From the NCBI GenBank assembly GCA_964016885.1, contig OZ024755.1, positions 44,330,001 through 44,394,000 on the forward strand: 64,000 nt of DNA. Direction: 5' to 3'. The notes under the pieces were generated by a model. It saw nothing but the letters and a program-made list of their open reading frames with translations. It was not told the DNA's origin and searched no databases. A program made the position numbers and the translations under genes. Of this stretch, positions 61,801-64,000 are shown piece after piece. The number at the start of each line of letters is the position of its first letter. Position 1 is the stretch's first letter. Source of the stretch: Eledone cirrhosa. Its lineage: Eukaryota.

Positions 61801-64000
61801 TATACTGTGTACCACAGTTGGCAGTACCAACATATAATGCGTACCTCAGTTGACAGAACCAACATATACTGTGTACCACAGTTGACAGTACCAACGTATA
61901 CTGTGTACCACAGTTGACAGTACCAACGTTTACTGTGTACCACAGTTGACAGTACCAATATATACTGTGTAACACAGTTGACAATACCAACATATAATGT
62001 GTACCATAGTTGACAGTACCAACGTATACTGTGAACCACTGTTGGCAATACCAACATATACTGTGTACCACAGTTGACAGTACCAACATATACAGTGTAC
62101 CACAGTTGACAGTACCAACATATACTGTGTACCACAGTTGACAGTACCAACATATACTGTATACCACAGTTGAAAGTACCAACATGTACCGTGAACCACA
62201 GTTGACAGTACCAACGTATACTGTGTACCACAGTTGAGAGTACCAACGTATAGTGTGTACCACAGTTGACAGTACCAACATATACTGTGTACCACAGTTG
62301 ACAGTACCAACATATAGTGTGTACCACAGTTCACAGTACCAACGTATACTGTGTACCACATTTGACAGTACCAACATATAATGTGTACCACAGTTGACAG
62401 TACCAACATATACGGTGTACCACTGTTGACAGTACCAACATATACCGTGTACCAGATTTGACAGTACCAACATATTCTGTGTACCACTGTTCACAGTACC
62501 AACATATACTGTGTACCACAGTTGAAAGTACCAACGTATACTGTGTACCACAGTTGACAACACCAACATATACTGTGTACCACAGTTGACAGTACCAACA
62601 TATACTGTATACCACAGTTGACAGTACCAACATAGACTGTGTACCACAGTTGAGAGTACCAACATTTACTGTGTACCACAGTTGACAGTACCAACATATA
62701 CTGTATACCACAGTTGAAAGTACCAACATATACTGTGTACCACTGTTGAAAGTACCAACATATACTGTGTACCACAGTTGACAGTACCAACATATACTGT
62801 GTACTACAGCTGACACTACCAACATATACTTGTACCTCAGTTAACAGTACTACCATATATTGTGTACCACCGTTGACAATACCAACGTATACTGTGAACC
62901 ACAGTTGACAATACCAACATATACTGTGTACCACAGTTGACAATACCAGCACATATAGTGTACCACAGTTGACAGTACCAACGTATACTGTGTACCACAG
63001 TTGCCAATGCCAACATATACTGTGTACCACAGTTGAGAGTACCAACATATACTGTGTACCACAGTTGACAGTACCAACATATACTGTGTACCACAGTTGA
63101 CAGTACCAACATATACTGTGTACCACGGTTGACAGTACCAACATATACTGTGTACCACAGTTGACAGTACCAACATATACTGTGTACCATAGTTGACATT
63201 ACCAACGTATATTGTGTACCACAGTTGACAGTACCTACATGTACTGTGTACCACAGTTGACAGTACCAACATATACTGTGTACCACAGTTGACAGTACCA
63301 ACGTATACTGTGTACCACAGTTGACAGTACCAACATATAACGTGTACCACAGTTGGCAGTACCATCATATACTTTGTACCACAGTTGACAGTACCAACAT
63401 ATACTGTGTACCACAGTTGACAGTACTAACATATACTGTGTACCATAGTTGACATTACCAACGTATATTGTGTACCACAGTTGACAGTACCAACATACAC
63501 CGTGTACAAGAGTTGACAGTACCAACATATACTGTGTACCACAGTTGCGAGTACCAACATAAACTGTGTACCACAGTTGACAGTACCAACATATACTGTG
63601 TACCACAGTTGACAGTACCAACATATACTGTGTACGACAGTTGACAGTACCAACATATACTGTATACCACAGTTGACAGTACCAACACATACTGTGTACC
63701 ACAGTTGACAGTACCAACATATACTGTGTACCACAGTTGACAGTACCAACATATACTGTGTACCACAGTTGACAGTACCAACATATATAGTGTACCACAG
63801 TTGACAGTACTAACATATACTGTGTACTACAGTTGACAGTACCAACATATACTGTGTACCACAGTTGAGAGTACCAACATGTACTGTGTACCACAGTTGA
63901 CAGTACCAACATATACTGTGTACCACAGTTGGCAGTACCAACATATACAGTGTACCACAATTGACAGTACCAACATATACTGTGTACCACAGTTGACAGT
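55818..64000. repeat. Mega-unit 4 (short type, truncated by the window end), copy of ~42823-51005
   Basis: ORF pairs 43563/56526, 45690/58653 and 47091/60054 are offset by 12963, and 48304/61299 and 49842/62837 by 12995. Both copies carry the 37-bp monomer (47781/60744). Confidence 0.88.

Larger units (their letters stand above)
1..64000. repeat. Tandem satellite array, 32-bp monomer GTACCACAGTTGACAGTACCAACATATACTGT, ~2,000 head-to-tail copies, extending past both window edges
   Basis: The monomer is readable throughout, starting at 1, 33, 65..., with the last start at 63984. Most copies are within 0-3 substitutions of consensus. There is no change of orientation and no non-repeat insert. 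Each consensus monomer has two GTAC (RsaI) sites and one GTTGAC (HincII) site. Confidence 0.99.

Noticed and set aside
459-63990. Hundreds of minus-strand ORFs (up to 816 aa) as protein-coding genes
   Set aside because: They overlap in all three frames with the same peptide, the repeat length is not a multiple of 3, stops and frameshifts are scattered, and there are no unique termini or recognisable domains. They are a by-product of a stop-free monomer.
1-64000. CRISPR array (32-bp repeat with partial dyad symmetry)
   Set aside because: Repeats are directly adjacent with no unique spacers, and there is no leader or cas gene.
1-64000. Telomerase-synthesised long telomeric repeat (TGTGGTAC resembles some yeast repeats)
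   Set aside because: Inherited variant patterns and multi-kb duplications indicate recombinational amplification, not templated addition. There is no chromosome end in view and strand G-richness is weak. A subtelomeric location is not excluded.
1-64000. RIP-type or targeted hypermutation, or a diversity-generating cassette system
   Set aside because: Some CpA>TpA variants exist, but transversions are also common and the consensus keeps many CA and TG sites. There is no reverse transcriptase, recombinase or expression locus, and ordinary mutation plus duplication explains the variants.

Overview
The whole 64-kb window is one uninterrupted, single-orientation tandem satellite array. The monomer is 32 bp (consensus GTACCACAGTTGACAGTACCAACATATACTGT, 13/32 GC), with about 2,000 copies. 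I see no genes, RNA genes, transposon insertions, CRISPR spacers, inversions or unique sequence. The ORF track is an artefact: the consensus minus strand has no stop codon in any frame, giving a recurring 32-aa reading (MLVLSTVVHSICWYCQLWYTVYVGTVNCGTQY). The structure of interest lies in the variant monomers, which record nested duplications. These include 1-5 monomer slips, 1,918, 2,046, 4,252 and 4,733 bp block duplications, and four mega-units with periods of 23,250, 19,572 and 12,995 bp. There is also a recurrent ordered series of variants, one apparent gene-conversion patch and a junction sitting on a shared rare variant. The monomer is a diverged 15+17 bp dimer with two competing short dyads. 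It is most likely eukaryotic heterochromatic, (peri)centromeric or subtelomeric DNA, but I cannot identify the organism or repeat family. I found no support for a novel protein-coding system. All counts and offsets were read by eye and from ORF-track coordinates, and need confirming by alignment.
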